A stretch of 55,059 nt of DNA, from sequence record DRR723986_1873; one strand, written 5' to 3'. Positions 28,348 to 39,340 of this stretch are shown here, piece by piece. Made by a program: the position numbers and the translations under genes. Position 1 is the first letter of the stretch. The number at the start of each line of letters is the position of its first letter. Under the pieces are notes generated by a model. The model worked only from the letters and a program-made list of their open reading frames with translations, did not search any database and was not told the origin of the DNA.

Positions 28348-29718
28348 ATGAAGATCGTAATCCTCTGGTCCGATGCGCTTATCTTCATGCTGGTCACGGC
28401 GCTGACCCTGTTTTTCTATCAGCTGCGCAATGATCCGCAGACGCGGACGCGCTGGCGCCAGGTGTTCAGTTCACGCCTGGGCATGATGTCTTTCACCGTC
28501 ATCCTCGCCTATATCGGAGTGGCCCTGCTCGACTCCATGCACTACCGGGCCGCGCTTGAAAACCCGGAGGGTATCGATAGCGGCGAGGTTTTTTACGACA
28601 ACAAGGTCAAGAGCGTGCTGGACCTGCTGACCGGCGGCATGGACGAGCGCTTCGAGCGCACCTATTCCGCGCCCTTCGCGCTGAAGTCCTTCGAAAAACA
28701 GAATATGAAGAACGACCAGGGCGAGGATATCCGTGACTATCCGGCACTGGTGCACGCTGGAACCGAACTCGACAACCCCGATGACAAGTGGGCAGACGTC
28801 GCCCAACGCAGCCTGGTCGCCCTGTTCTGGGGAGCCTGCCTGTCACTGGCGGTGATCCTGCCCCAGTGGCTGTTACTGCGCGGCAGCCCCTTCCCCTGGT
28901 ATGCCACCTGGGGCGTGCAGGCAATCCTGCTCTGCGCCGCTGTGTGGATGGTCAGCATCAGCCGCCACTACCACGTACTCGGCACCGACCTCGGCGGCGC
29001 CGACGTCCTCTACCAGTCGATCAAGGGCATTCGCACCGGCGTGCTGCTGGGCACCCTGTCGACCCTGGTCATGCTGCCCATCGCGGTGACCCTCGGTGTG
29101 ATGGCGGGCTATTTCAAAGGCTGGGTGGACGATGTTGTGCAGTACCTGTACATCACCCTCAGCTCGATTCCCGGCATCCTGCTGATCGCGGCATCGGTAC
29201 TGCTGTTCCAGGTCTATATCGACCTCAACCCGGACTTCTTCTCGGTCGGCATGGAAAAGGCCGATGCCAAGTTCATCGCCCTGTGTTTCATTCTCGGGGT
29301 CACCAGCTGGAGCACCCTGTGCCGCCTGATCCGCGCCGAAACCCTGAAGATCAGCCAGCTCGGCTACGTGCAGGCCGCCCACGCCTTCGGGGTCAGTCAC
29401 GTGCGCATTCTTGGCCGCCACGTCCTGCCCAACGTCATTCACATTATCCTGATCACCTTCGTGCTGGACTTCAGTGCGCTGGTCCTGGCCGAGGCTGTGC
29501 TGTCCTACATCGGCGTCGGCATCGATCCCAGCATGGGTAGCTGGGGCAACATGATCAACGGCGCACGCTCCGAGCTGTCCCGCGAGCCGACCATCTGGTG
29601 GACGCTGACCGGGGCCTTTATTTTCATGTTCGTGCTGGTGCTGGCCGCCAACCTGTTTTCCGACCTGGTCCGCGATGCCTTTGACCCCCGCACCAGCCTG
29701 AAGAGGGTCGAAGCATGA
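28348..29718 (+). CDS. ABC transporter permease (OppC/DppC-like)
   Basis: LGTDLGG, YVQAAHAFG, HVLPN, LSYIGVG, SWGNMI, RDAFDPR. Confidence 0.92.
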   Translation: MKIVILWSDALIFMLVTALTLFFYQLRNDPQTRTRWRQVFSSRLGMMSFTVILAYIGVALLDSMHYRAALENPEGIDSGEVFYDNKVKSVLDLLTGGMDERFERTYSAPFALKSFEKQNMKNDQGEDIRDYPALVHAGTELDNPDDKWADVAQRSLVALFWGACLSLAVILPQWLLLRGSPFPWYATWGVQAILLCAAVWMVSISRHYHVLGTDLGGADVLYQSIKGIRTGVLLGTLSTLVMLPIAVTLGVMAGYFKGWVDDVVQYLYITLSSIPGILLIAASVLLFQVYIDLNPDFFSVGMEKADAKFIALCFILGVTSWSTLCRLIRAETLKISQLGYVQAAHAFGVSHVRILGRHVLPNVIHIILITFVLDFSALVLAEAVLSYIGVGIDPSMGSWGNMINGARSELSREPTIWWTLTGAFIFMFVLVLAANLFSDLVRDAFDPRTSLKRVEA

Positions 29719-31322
29719 ACTCCTCGACCGATATCAGGCTGCAGATCGAAAAGCTCTCGGTAGAACTGGCCGAGGGTGGCGACAAGATTCTCGATGACGT
29801 CAACCTGGAGTTGCGCGCCGGGGAGATCTTCGCCCTGGTCGGGGAGTCCGGTAGTGGCAAGTCCGTCACCTCCATGGCCGCCATGCGCCTGCTGCCGGAT
29901 GCACTGAAAATTACTGATGGCCACGTGCATGTAGGCGACCAGGACCTGTTCAGGCTGTCGGAAGCGCGCATGCAGGAAGTGCGCGGCCGCCGGGTGGCCA
30001 TGATTTTCCAGAACGCGATGACGGCGCTGAACCCGGTGCAGTCGGTGGGTGAGCAAGTTGCCGAAACCCTGCGCCTGCACAAGCGTCTCAGCGGCAAGGA
30101 CCTGCGCGAGCGGGTGGCCCAGCTGTTTGGCGAGGTCGGTATTCCGGACCCGGAGCAGCGCTTTGATTTCTATCCCCACCAGATGTCCGGTGGCCAGCAG
30201 CAGCGGGTGATGATCGCCATGGCCCTGGCCTGCGAGCCGGATATTCTGATCGCCGATGAACCGACCACCGCGCTGGATGTGACCATCCAGGAGCAGGTGC
30301 TCAAGCTGATCCGCGACCTCACCCGGTCACGGCAACTGGCTGTACTGCTGATTACCCACGACATGGGTGTGGTAAACAACGTGGCTGACCGGGTAGCGGT
30401 GATGTACCGCGGACGGATCATCGAAGAGGCTTCCGTTGACGCCTTTTTCCACAACCCCCAGCAGGACTACAGCAAACGCCTGATCGACGCCCTGCCCGAC
30501 CTGAATCACTTCCGCGCCGCGGCGCGCGAAGAGCCCCTGCTGCGCATTGAGGACGTCAAGGTCCACTTTCCGATCCGCAAGGGTGTACTGCAGCGGGTGG
30601 TGGACTATACCCGCGCGGTGGACGGCGTATCACTGGAGATCGGCCGTGGCGAAACCTACGCGCTGGTCGGTGAGTCCGGCAGCGGCAAGTCGACCCTCGG
30701 GCGCGCCATTCTCAACCTGGAGGAGGTAACCGCAGGTACGGTAAGTTTCGCCGGCCAGCCGATCCAGAATATCGGCCGCAACGCCATGCTGCCCTATCGC
30801 AAGCAGATGCAGGTGATATTCCAGAACCCCTACTCGTCAATGAACCCGCGGATGACCGTTGGCGACATCCTGGCCGAGGGAATGAACAGCCTCAAGCTGG
30901 GGTTCTCAGCCGCGGAGCGGGACGCGCGCATCGATGCCCTGTTGCAGCGGGTGCAGATGCCCATCAACAGTCGGCGGCGCTATCCCCACGAATTCTCCGG
31001 TGGCCAGTTACAGCGGATTGCCATCGCCCGCGCCCTGGCAGTGAATCCGGAACTGATCGTCTGCGACGAGCCGACCAGCGCGCTGGACGTGTCCATCCGC
31101 GCCGAGGTACTAACCCTGCTGGCGGAATTACAGCAGGAGTTCGGGGTGTCCTACCTGTTCATCACCCACGACCTGTCCATCGTACCCGGCCTCGCCCATC
31201 GGGTGGGCGTGATGCAGAACGGCAGGATTGTGGAACAGGGCACGGCGGAGCAGATCCTGACCGCGCCCCAACACCCCTACACCCAGGCCCTGCTGGCTTC
31301 CGTGCCCCGCATCGACGACTGA
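29715..31322 (+). CDS. Fused double ABC ATPase (OppD/F-like)
   Basis: Two GESGSGKS Walker A motifs, MSGGQ/FSGGQ signatures, two DEPT motifs. Confidence 0.95.
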   Translation: MNSSTDIRLQIEKLSVELAEGGDKILDDVNLELRAGEIFALVGESGSGKSVTSMAAMRLLPDALKITDGHVHVGDQDLFRLSEARMQEVRGRRVAMIFQNAMTALNPVQSVGEQVAETLRLHKRLSGKDLRERVAQLFGEVGIPDPEQRFDFYPHQMSGGQQQRVMIAMALACEPDILIADEPTTALDVTIQEQVLKLIRDLTRSRQLAVLLITHDMGVVNNVADRVAVMYRGRIIEEASVDAFFHNPQQDYSKRLIDALPDLNHFRAAAREEPLLRIEDVKVHFPIRKGVLQRVVDYTRAVDGVSLEIGRGETYALVGESGSGKSTLGRAILNLEEVTAGTVSFAGQPIQNIGRNAMLPYRKQMQVIFQNPYSSMNPRMTVGDILAEGMNSLKLGFSAAERDARIDALLQRVQMPINSRRRYPHEFSGGQLQRIAIARALAVNPELIVCDEPTSALDVSIRAEVLTLLAELQQEFGVSYLFITHDLSIVPGLAHRVGVMQNGRIVEQGTAEQILTAPQHPYTQALLASVPRIDD

Positions 31323-31512
31323 CCGCGGGCCAGCCATACCCACCGGCCAATCCCAGCCGCGTTAAACAGGCCCGGGCTGCATGACCGGCATGTTCATCTA
31401 TACTTCTCCTGATACTCAGTAACGACAAGGGCCAGGCCTCCGTCGTTTACTGAGCCAACAACGGGAATCAGCAGGACAGCGGACGCCAGCCTCTGATGCA
31501 GCACAGCACACC

Positions 31513-32268
31513 ATGAAAACCGACAGCCTGCAGGGGCAGGTAGCGCGCTGCGAATCCTCCGCCGCCTGGCTGGACCTGATCCAGGGCATCAGCGGCCTGC
31601 TGCTGGCGCTGTTCATGTGGCTGCATATGGTGATGGTTTCCAGCATCCTCCTGGGCAAGGATGCGATGTACTTTGTCGCGCGCCTGTTCGAGGGCGAACC
31701 CTTGCTGGGCAAGCCCTACCCGGGGCTGGTCTCCGCCATCGTCGCCCTTGTGCTGCTGCTGTTCGTGGTTCACGCACTGGTCGCGATTCGCAAAATACCC
31801 CACAGCTATCGCGAGTATCGCCAGTTCCAGCTGCATGCCCGGGGCCTGCGCCACGCGGATACCGGACTGTGGATGCTGCAGGTGGTGACCGGCCTGCTGC
31901 TGATGTTCTTCGCCGGTGCGCACCTCTACCAGATGTTGTTGCACCCCGCCGACATCGGACCCTACGCCTCGGCGGACCGAGTATGGAGCGGCCGCTGGTG
32001 GCCGTTCTACCTGGTGATGCTGTTCGCGGTTGAACTGCACGGCGGCATCGGTATCTACCGCCTGGCCATCAAGTGGGGCTGGTTTGCCGACCGCCAGGGA
32101 CGCATGAACCGCCGGCGGCTGCAGCGGATCAAATGGGCACTGACCGGGTTCTTCATCGCGCTCGGGCTGCTGACCCTGGCAGCCTATATGAAGATCGGCT
32201 ATGAGCACCGGGACCAGGTCGGGGAGCGCTACCGGCCATCCACGGTGATCAGCGAGCAAGCGCAATAA
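31513..32268 (+). CDS. frdC: Diheme cytochrome b subunit of quinol:fumarate reductase (Wolinella type)
   Basis: 5 TM helices with four His (WLHM, VHAL, AHLY, ELHG); [22 protein letters not shown]; first gene of frdCAB. Confidence 0.88.
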   Translation: MKTDSLQGQVARCESSAAWLDLIQGISGLLLALFMWLHMVMVSSILLGKDAMYFVARLFEGEPLLGKPYPGLVSAIVALVLLLFVVHALVAIRKIPHSYREYRQFQLHARGLRHADTGLWMLQVVTGLLLMFFAGAHLYQMLLHPADIGPYASADRVWSGRWWPFYLVMLFAVELHGGIGIYRLAIKWGWFADRQGRMNRRRLQRIKWALTGFFIALGLLTLAAYMKIGYEHRDQVGERYRPSTVISEQAQ

Positions 32269-32269
32269 G

Positions 32270-34246
32270 ATGCAGAAGATAATGACCGATGTCCTGGTGA
32301 TCGGCGGCGGACTAGCCGGGCTGCGGGCAGGGATCGCGGCCAAGCGCCGTGGCCACGAGGTGCTGATCCTGAGCCTGGTACCGCCCAAGCGCTCGCACTC
32401 GGCGGCGGCCCAGGGTGGTATGCAGGCGTCCCTGGCCAATGCGATCAAGGGTCAGGGCGATAACGAAGATGTCCATTTCGCCGACACGGTAAAAGGCAGC
32501 GACTGGGGCGCGGACCAGCAGGTAGTGCGCATGTTTGTCGATACCGCACCCAAGGCGGTGCGCGAACTCGCCGCCTGGGGCGTGCCCTGGAACCGGGTAG
32601 AACGCGGCCCGCGCGAGGTGATCATCAATGGCGAGAAAGTCACCCTGCAGGAGCGCGACGAAGCCCACGGGCTGATCGACGCGCGGGATTTCGGCGGCAC
32701 CAGGAAGTGGCGCACCAATTACGTGGCTGACGGTACCGGCCATTCCATGCTGTACACGGTCAGCGACCAGACCATCGCCGAGAGCATTCCGGTGCACGAG
32801 CGCTGCGAGGCGATCAGCCTTATCCACGCGGAGGGGCGCTGCCACGGCGCCGTGGTACGCGACCTGATTACCGGCGAGTTACGGGCGTATCTTGCCCGCG
32901 CGACCTGTATCGCCACTGGCGGCTTTGGCCGCATCTACCGGGTTTCAACCAACGCCGTTATCAACGAGGGGATCGGCGCTGCAATTGCCCTGGAAACCGG
33001 AGTCGCCCAGCTCGGCAATATGGAAGCCATCCAGTTCCATCCCACCGGCATCTTCCCCGCCGGCATCCTGGTCACCGAGGGTTGTCGCGGCGACGGCGGC
33101 CTGCTGCTGGATGGCGCCGGGCATCGCTTCATGCCGGATTACGAGCCGGAAAAGCGCGAGCTCGCATCACGTGACGTGGTATCCCGGCGCATGGAGGAGC
33201 ACATCGCGGCGGGGCATGGCGCCCGCAGCCGCTTCGGCGAGCACCTGTGGCTGGATATCCGCCTGCTCGGGCGGGAACATATCGAGAGCAAGCTGCGCGA
33301 GGTCAAGGAGATCTGCCGTTATTTCCTCGGCATCGATCCGGCCGAGCAACCGATTCCGGTGCGCCCGGCGCAGCACTACTCCATGGGCGGCATCCGCACC
33401 GACCATCGCGGCGAGAGCCCAAGCCTGCGCGGTCTGTTCAGCGCCGGCGAAGCGGCCTGCTGGGACTTGCACGGCTTCAACCGGCTTGGGGGTAACTCGG
33501 TCGCCGAAACCGTGGTTGCGGGTATGCTGGTCGGTGAGTACATCGCCGATTACTGCGAAGGCCCGGAGGCGAGAAGCGACCTGCCCAACACCCTGGCAAG
33601 CGAGCACCTGAAACAGACGGGAAACTCGCTGGCGCGTATCGCCAGCACGCGCGGCGGCGAGAATGCCTTCGAACTCATTACCGCAATGCAGAACACCATG
33701 ACCTCTGGCGTGGGGATTTTTCGCGACGGTGACACGCTGCACCAGGCGGTCGCCTCCTTGCGCGAGCTGTTACGGCGCAGCCGCAACATCGGCCTCAGGA
33801 ACCAGGCGCGGGGCGCCAACCCCGAACTGGTCGCCGCCTACCGGGCACAGAAGATGTTGAAGCTCGCGCTGTGCGTTGCCCAGGGTGCCCTGCAGCGCAC
33901 CGAGAGCCGCGGCGCCCACTACCGCCGCGACTATCCGCAGCGCAATGACCGGGACTGGCTCAAACGAACCCTGGCCCGCTGGCCGGACGCGGATGCTGAC
34001 CTGCCGGAGCTGGGTTGGGAGGCGCTGGATATTGCCGACATGGAGTTACCACCGGGCTGGCGCGGCTATGGCAGCCGGGACCATATCGACCATCCGCAGA
34101 CCGCCGCCAGGAGCGCCGAGGTCGAAGCGGCAGCAGGCATTGAGGATCGGTTCCAGCGCCAGCATGCGCTGATGCCCTACAAGCACCTGCTGCCACCCGC
34201 ATACCGGGGCCGCAATGCCAGGCTGGGAGAGAGCGACGATGGCTGA
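32270..34246 (+). CDS. frdA: Fumarate reductase flavoprotein subunit
   Basis: [10 protein letters not shown] (covalent FAD His), [45 protein letters not shown]. Confidence 0.92.
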   Translation: MQKIMTDVLVIGGGLAGLRAGIAAKRRGHEVLILSLVPPKRSHSAAAQGGMQASLANAIKGQGDNEDVHFADTVKGSDWGADQQVVRMFVDTAPKAVRELAAWGVPWNRVERGPREVIINGEKVTLQERDEAHGLIDARDFGGTRKWRTNYVADGTGHSMLYTVSDQTIAESIPVHERCEAISLIHAEGRCHGAVVRDLITGELRAYLARATCIATGGFGRIYRVSTNAVINEGIGAAIALETGVAQLGNMEAIQFHPTGIFPAGILVTEGCRGDGGLLLDGAGHRFMPDYEPEKRELASRDVVSRRMEEHIAAGHGARSRFGEHLWLDIRLLGREHIESKLREVKEICRYFLGIDPAEQPIPVRPAQHYSMGGIRTDHRGESPSLRGLFSAGEAACWDLHGFNRLGGNSVAETVVAGMLVGEYIADYCEGPEARSDLPNTLASEHLKQTGNSLARIASTRGGENAFELITAMQNTMTSGVGIFRDGDTLHQAVASLRELLRRSRNIGLRNQARGANPELVAAYRAQKMLKLALCVAQGALQRTESRGAHYRRDYPQRNDRDWLKRTLARWPDADADLPELGWEALDIADMELPPGWRGYGSRDHIDHPQTAARSAEVEAAAGIEDRFQRQHALMPYKHLLPPAYRGRNARLGESDDG

Positions 34247-34991
34247 ACTGATCGCGACCGAGCAACGGCGGCAACTGCGCCTTCGGATTCTGCGCTACAA
34301 CCCGCAGGATCCGGAGAGTGTGCCGCATATGCAAACCTTCGAGATCGAGGAGGCGGCGGGGATGACCCTGTACGTCGCCCTCAGCGAGATCCGTGAGACC
34401 CTGGACGCATCCCTGAATTTCGATTTCGTTTGCCGCGCCGGGATCTGCGGGAGCTGCGGCATGTTGATCAATGGTCGGCCAGGGCTTGCCTGCCGTACCC
34501 TGACCCAGGACCTGGAAGAAGACATCACCCTCGCACCGCTGCCAGTGTTCGAACTCATCTCCGACCTGTCGGTAAACACCGGCAAGTGGATGCGCGATAT
34601 GAGCGAGCGCCTGGAGACCTGGGTACATGAACAAGCCGAAGAGGTGGACCTCGGCGCGATTGAGGCGGCGATGGACCCGCAACTGGCCCGCGACATCTAC
34701 GAACTGGAACGCTGCATTGAGTGCGGCTGCTGCATTGCCGCCTGCGGCACCGCGCAGATGCGGCCGGAGTTTGTCGGTGCGATTGGTCTTAACAAGATCG
34801 CCCGCTTCCGACTCGACCCACGAGACAAGCGCAGCGATGCCGCCTACTACGAACTGGTCGGCGACGAGTCTGGCGTGTTCGGCTGCATGACCCTGCTGGG
34901 CTGCGAGGACATGTGCCCCAAGGACCTGCCATTGGCCGGGCAGATTGCCTTCCTGCGGCGCCGGATGGCGGCCCAGGGCGTGGCGGGCTAG
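34239..34991 (+). CDS. frdB: Fumarate reductase iron-sulfur subunit
   Basis: CRAGICGSC...[29 protein letters not shown] 34239 overlaps the frdA end. Confidence 0.92.
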   Translation: MAELIATEQRRQLRLRILRYNPQDPESVPHMQTFEIEEAAGMTLYVALSEIRETLDASLNFDFVCRAGICGSCGMLINGRPGLACRTLTQDLEEDITLAPLPVFELISDLSVNTGKWMRDMSERLETWVHEQAEEVDLGAIEAAMDPQLARDIYELERCIECGCCIAACGTAQMRPEFVGAIGLNKIARFRLDPRDKRSDAAYYELVGDESGVFGCMTLLGCEDMCPKDLPLAGQIAFLRRRMAAQGVAG

Positions 34992-34994
34992 GAA

Positions 34995-35087
34995 GGATGG
35001 CCGGACCCCCGGGTGGCCGGACCCCGGATGGCCGGACCCCCGGAAGGCCGGACCCCCGGATGGCCGGACCCCGGAAGGCCGGCCCCC
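34995..35087. repeat. Intergenic tandem repeat, 6 copies of 15-16 bp GGA(T/A)GGCCGGACCCC(C)
   Basis: Units start at 34995, 35011, 35026, 35042, 35058 and 35073, with small substitutions and C-run length variation. Confidence 0.95.
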
Positions 35088-35166
35088 GGGTAAGCGAGTT
35101 CATACCATAGCGCGCTTAATCCAGCGCTGAATTGAGTAGCCTGTGGACTGCCACTAAGCTGGGCCC

Positions 35167-36873
35167 ATGAACACGCAGATGGAAGTCGACTGGCTGGTAG
35201 CCGGAAGCGGGGCCGCCGGTATGACCGGCGCCGTCGTTGCGCATGAACTCGGCGGCTCGGTATTACTGGTTGAGAAAGAACCCATGTTCGGCGGCACCAC
35301 CTGCAAATCCGGTGGCGTGGCCTGGATACCCGGCAATCATCGCCAGCCCGAGCACGGCGTTTCCGACAGTGTCGACGAGGGCTATCGCTACCTGAAGGCC
35401 CTGATCGGTGATTCGGTCAGCGAGCCCCGGCTGCGAGCCTACGCCGAGCGCGCGCCAGAGATGCTGCGCTTCATGATGCAGCACAGCCATGTGGACTACA
35501 GCCCGCTGCCCAGCTACATGGACTACTACGAGCACGCCGATGGCTACAAGTCCGGCGGCCGCTCGATGGACCCCGGAGAGATTCACCTGAACCTGCTCGG
35601 TGAGGCGGGCCGCCACATCCGTGACGATCACACCGCCCTGCTGCCGTTCAATGTTACCGTGCCCGAGGGTCGCCGCCTGGGCAAGATGGATGCCGGCGCC
35701 TACCTGCTCGGCGTGCGCCTGTTGTTCCGCTACCTGCTGGACCTGCCCGCACGCTTCAAGGGCCGGGAGGACCTGCGCCTTACGCTCGGGCCGGCACTGG
35801 TCGCCAAGCTGCGCCTGAGCCTGCTGGACCGTGACATTCCCCTGTGGCTCAACAGCCCGATCACCGAACTGCTCACCGGGAACAACCGGGTCGTGGGTGC
35901 GCGGGTGCAGCGAGAGGGCCAGACAGTCGAGGTTCGCGCTCGCCGTGGCGTGCTGCTGGCCACCGGTGGATTTTCCCGCAACGCCGCCATGCGCCAGCAG
36001 TTCCAGCAGGCGCCCACCGGTTCCGACTGGACCGCTTCGGCACCCGGTTCCACCGGCGACGGCATCACACTGGGCCAGACCGTTGGCGCCGGACTGGGCT
36101 TCATGGGCAGCGCCTGGTGGTCACCCACGGTGATTGTGCCCGATGGTCAGCGCCTCGCGCTGATCGCCGGCAAGGCCTATCCCGGTTCCATCATGGTCAA
36201 CCGCGCGGGGCTGCGCTTCACCAATGAAGCTGCGCCCTATGAAGACGTGGTCAAGGACCAGTACGCCAGCGAAGCCCGGGGCGAAGGGGCGATCCCCGCC
36301 TACCTGGTGTTCGATGCCAACTACCGTCGCAAGTACCCGGCGGGCCATATCAAACCCGGCAAGATGGAGGCGGACGCCCTGTTGCCACAGGCCTATTTCG
36401 ACACCGGCATGCTGACCCGGGCTGACTCCCTGGAGGAACTGGCGCAAGTCACCGGCATCGATGGCGGCCAGCTGGCCGAAACTATCGAGCGCTTCAACGC
36501 CAATGCCCGCCAGGGTGTGGACCCTGATTTTCAGCGCGGCGCCACCGAACAGGATCGCTACTATGCCGACCACAAGCATCAGCCGAACCCCTGCCTGGGC
36601 CCGCTGGAGGAACCTCCGTTCTACGCCCTGCGCGTGGAAGCCGGCGACCTGGATACCAAGGGCGGCCTGCAGTGTGACGAACACGGCCGCGTGCTCACAG
36701 CAAGCGGCGAGGTTATTCCGGGGCTTTACGCAGCGGGCAATACCAGTGCTGCGGTGATGGGTGACACCTACCCCGGCGCCGGCGCCACCATCGGCTCGGC
36801 CATGACGTTTGCCTATATCGCAGCACAGCACGCCATGAGCGGCGAAGCGGACATCGACGCCAAAGACAACTAA
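35167..36873 (+). CDS. 3-ketosteroid delta-1-dehydrogenase-like FAD oxidoreductase
   Basis: GSGAAG, GGTTCKSGGVAWIP, MDYY, NEAAPYED, DTKGGL, YPGAGATIG; the KstD catalytic Tyr-equivalent positions appear retained. Confidence 0.8.
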   Translation: MNTQMEVDWLVAGSGAAGMTGAVVAHELGGSVLLVEKEPMFGGTTCKSGGVAWIPGNHRQPEHGVSDSVDEGYRYLKALIGDSVSEPRLRAYAERAPEMLRFMMQHSHVDYSPLPSYMDYYEHADGYKSGGRSMDPGEIHLNLLGEAGRHIRDDHTALLPFNVTVPEGRRLGKMDAGAYLLGVRLLFRYLLDLPARFKGREDLRLTLGPALVAKLRLSLLDRDIPLWLNSPITELLTGNNRVVGARVQREGQTVEVRARRGVLLATGGFSRNAAMRQQFQQAPTGSDWTASAPGSTGDGITLGQTVGAGLGFMGSAWWSPTVIVPDGQRLALIAGKAYPGSIMVNRAGLRFTNEAAPYEDVVKDQYASEARGEGAIPAYLVFDANYRRKYPAGHIKPGKMEADALLPQAYFDTGMLTRADSLEELAQVTGIDGGQLAETIERFNANARQGVDPDFQRGATEQDRYYADHKHQPNPCLGPLEEPPFYALRVEAGDLDTKGGLQCDEHGRVLTASGEVIPGLYAAGNTSAAVMGDTYPGAGATIGSAMTFAYIAAQHAMSGEADIDAKDN

Positions 36874-36887
36874 ACGGGAGACAGCGA

Positions 36888-37940
36888 ATGAGCGACTACC
36901 GGTATGCGTTCCTTAAACCAGGACACTTCGCGCGCGGTTGGCACATCGTGCTTTTCTCACAGGAACTGGCGGTTGGCGAAGCGAAGCCCCTGGACTACTT
37001 CAACCACGAATTCGTGATCTACCGCGGAGAGTCGGGACAGGTCGCTATCCTCGACGCCTACTGCCCCCACCTGGGCGCACACCTGGCCAGCGACGGTGGC
37101 CGCCTGATCGGTGACACCATTGCCTGCCCCTTCCACGGCTGGACGTTTGACGGCAGCGGTCGCTGCGTCGACATCCCCTATGCCAAGCAGATTCCTGAGA
37201 AGGCGGTAAACGCCCTGAAAGCCTGGCCCGTGCTGGAGAAGAACGGCTTTATCGCGATCTGGTACGACCCCCAGGGCAATCCGCCGGAAGACTACCTGCC
37301 GGATATCACCCAGTGGGGCAAGGGAGACGGTTCGGCGCCGGGCTGGGGTGACTGGGTATTCCACCGTTCACGGATTCGCGCCCAGCCCTGCGATGTGATC
37401 GAGAACATCGTCGACATTGCCCACTTCCCGCATGTTCACGGCGGCCAGGTGCAATCGTTCGAAAACCGCTTTGGGGAACGCAGCGTCACCCAGATTTCCC
37501 GGGTGCAGCGGTCAGCGGATGCGAAGATGGTGATCCCGCCGGGCCTGCCTTTCGATATGGAGGCACTGCGTGACCAGGCCACCCAGGAAGAGAGCGATGC
37601 CTGGGGCGACGCCACCTACCACGGTCCTTCCATCATGTATTACTACACCGAGGTAAAGAATGCCGGGTTTGCATTCCAGAGCTGGTGGGTGAACTACCAT
37701 ACCCCGGTGAATGACAGCGAGGTGGATTTGTGCAGCGCCGTCATCGTCAACAGCCTCACCGATGAACCACTGCCCCAGGAGTTTGTCGAGCTATACCCGC
37801 AAACCGCCCATGCCGCCTTTGGCCAGGACGTTGAGATCTGGAAAAGCAAGTTGTACCGGGAAGATCCAATCCTGTGTGACGGTGACGGCCCGATCAACAA
37901 ACTGCGCAAGTGGTACGAGCAGTTTTACCTGCCGCTCTGA
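36888..37940 (+). CDS. Rieske oxygenase, 3-ketosteroid 9-alpha-hydroxylase (KshA)-like
   Basis: CPHLGA...CPFHGW, ENIVDIAHFPHVH, QDVEIW, LCDGDGPINKLRKWYEQFY. Confidence 0.82.
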   Translation: MSDYRYAFLKPGHFARGWHIVLFSQELAVGEAKPLDYFNHEFVIYRGESGQVAILDAYCPHLGAHLASDGGRLIGDTIACPFHGWTFDGSGRCVDIPYAKQIPEKAVNALKAWPVLEKNGFIAIWYDPQGNPPEDYLPDITQWGKGDGSAPGWGDWVFHRSRIRAQPCDVIENIVDIAHFPHVHGGQVQSFENRFGERSVTQISRVQRSADAKMVIPPGLPFDMEALRDQATQEESDAWGDATYHGPSIMYYYTEVKNAGFAFQSWWVNYHTPVNDSEVDLCSAVIVNSLTDEPLPQEFVELYPQTAHAAFGQDVEIWKSKLYREDPILCDGDGPINKLRKWYEQFYLPL

Positions 37941-37975
37941 TGATCGCCATGGGCCAGTAACCGTAGCGGTCGCGC

Positions 37976-38974
37976 TCAGGACGACCCGGCACTGCCCAGC
38001 TGCTCGATCAGCGCATCCACCGCCAGCCCCAGGTCGAGTTCACCGGGGCTGGTGCCGCCAATCAGCTCCGCAACCGCCGGTGACGCCATCAGTTGATCGA
38101 GGCGATGTTCCAGCTGGCGCCGCAGGATGTTCTTCAGCATACGCTGGCGCCGCTGTTCCCGGCGCTGCTGCAGCTTGTCGTCGACCGCCAGCGCCGCCTG
38201 GTGCGCCTCGATGGCCCGCCACAGTTCAGCCACACCCTCGCCTTCGGTCGCCACGCAATCGACCACTTCACGCGCTGCCACGGTAGGCAACAGCGCCAGG
38301 GAATCGAGCAGGTCCCGACGGGTCTGGGCGGCACCGGGCTTGTCAGCCTTGTTGATCACGAACAGGTCCCCGGCCTCGGTGATCCCCGCCTTATTGGCCT
38401 GAATCGAATCTCCCCAGCCCGGGTTGAGTACCACCACAACGGCGTCGGCCAGATCCATAATGTCCAGCTCAACCTGGCCGATGCCCAGGGTCTCGATAAT
38501 CACCAGTGGCCAGCCACAGGCATCGAACAGGCGCACGCAGGTAGACGCGGCCTGGGCGAGACCGCCCATTTCGCCACGCGACGCCATCGACCGGATAAAC
38601 ACGTCACCGCCGAAGCTGCGCCCCTGCATACGAACCCGGTCACCCAGCAGGGCACCGTGGGAAAACGGTGAACTGGGGTCCACCGCGAGGACCGCCACCC
38701 GTCCGACCGCTTCCCGCGCTACCGGCAGCAGGGCGTTGATCAGGGTGGATTTGCCCGCGCCGGGCGGGCCGGTAATGCCGATCACAAGGGCCCGGCCCAG
38801 CTGACCGGCAATCCCCTGCTCTATTGCGAGGACCTGATCGGCACCCCGCTCCGCCAGGCTGAGCAAGCGCGCCAGGGACGCGCGATCTCCCGCCAGCGCA
38901 GCGGCCAGAACATTGTCGACCGGCTCCAAGCTGAGCTGCCCGTCAGGTCCTGCCGGTGAGCCGCTCAGCGGCAT
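37976..38974 (-). CDS. meaB: MeaB/ArgK GTPase, B12 mutase chaperone
   Basis: GITGPPGAGKST, AVDPSSP, LLGDRVRM, IQANKAG, VINKAD. Start uncertain (ATG 38974 or TTG 38929). Confidence 0.88.
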   Translation of the reverse strand: MPLSGSPAGPDGQLSLEPVDNVLAAALAGDRASLARLLSLAERGADQVLAIEQGIAGQLGRALVIGITGPPGAGKSTLINALLPVAREAVGRVAVLAVDPSSPFSHGALLGDRVRMQGRSFGGDVFIRSMASRGEMGGLAQAASTCVRLFDACGWPLVIIETLGIGQVELDIMDLADAVVVVLNPGWGDSIQANKAGITEAGDLFVINKADKPGAAQTRRDLLDSLALLPTVAAREVVDCVATEGEGVAELWRAIEAHQAALAVDDKLQQRREQRRQRMLKNILRRQLEHRLDQLMASPAVAELIGGTSPGELDLGLAVDALIEQLGSAGSS

Positions 38975-39329
38975 CGACGATATCCGCCAGCTGGGATCCC
39001 GGCGGATAGACTTCCACCCCCAATGCTTGCAGCTGCTTTGCCGCGCGGGGCGGAATGGTGCCACCGGCAAACACGGGCAGATCGGGCCGGGCCGCCTTCA
39101 CCGCGTTGACAGCCCGGATAGCCACATCGATGTGGCCACCCACGTTCAGGCCAACCAGGTCAACGTCCTCGTCCACGGCAGCGCTGACGATGTCGTCGGT
39201 GTCCGCCATCCCGATCATAATGACTTCGAAGCCGGCATCGCGCAGTGCCCGTGCCACTATGGTGGGGCCGCGCCAGTGGCCATCGAGGCCAGTCTTGGCC
39301 ATCAGGATGCGTTTCTGCGGTGCGCTCAT
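38943..39329 (-). CDS. Cobalamin-binding small subunit of acyl-CoA mutase
   Basis: AKTGLDGHWRG (DxHxxG), LRDAGFEVI, FAGGTIP. Confidence 0.9.
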   Translation of the reverse strand: MSAPQKRILMAKTGLDGHWRGPTIVARALRDAGFEVIMIGMADTDDIVSAAVDEDVDLVGLNVGGHIDVAIRAVNAVKAARPDLPVFAGGTIPPRAAKQLQALGVEVYPPGSQLADIVDAAERLTGRT

Positions 39330-39340
39330 CGGGCGACCTC

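Noticed and set aside
34913-35130. Short Pro/Gly/Arg-rich ORFs across the repeat, and a possible CRISPR reading of it
   Set aside because: The ORFs are by-products of the repeat; units are contiguous without spacers and no cas genes are present.
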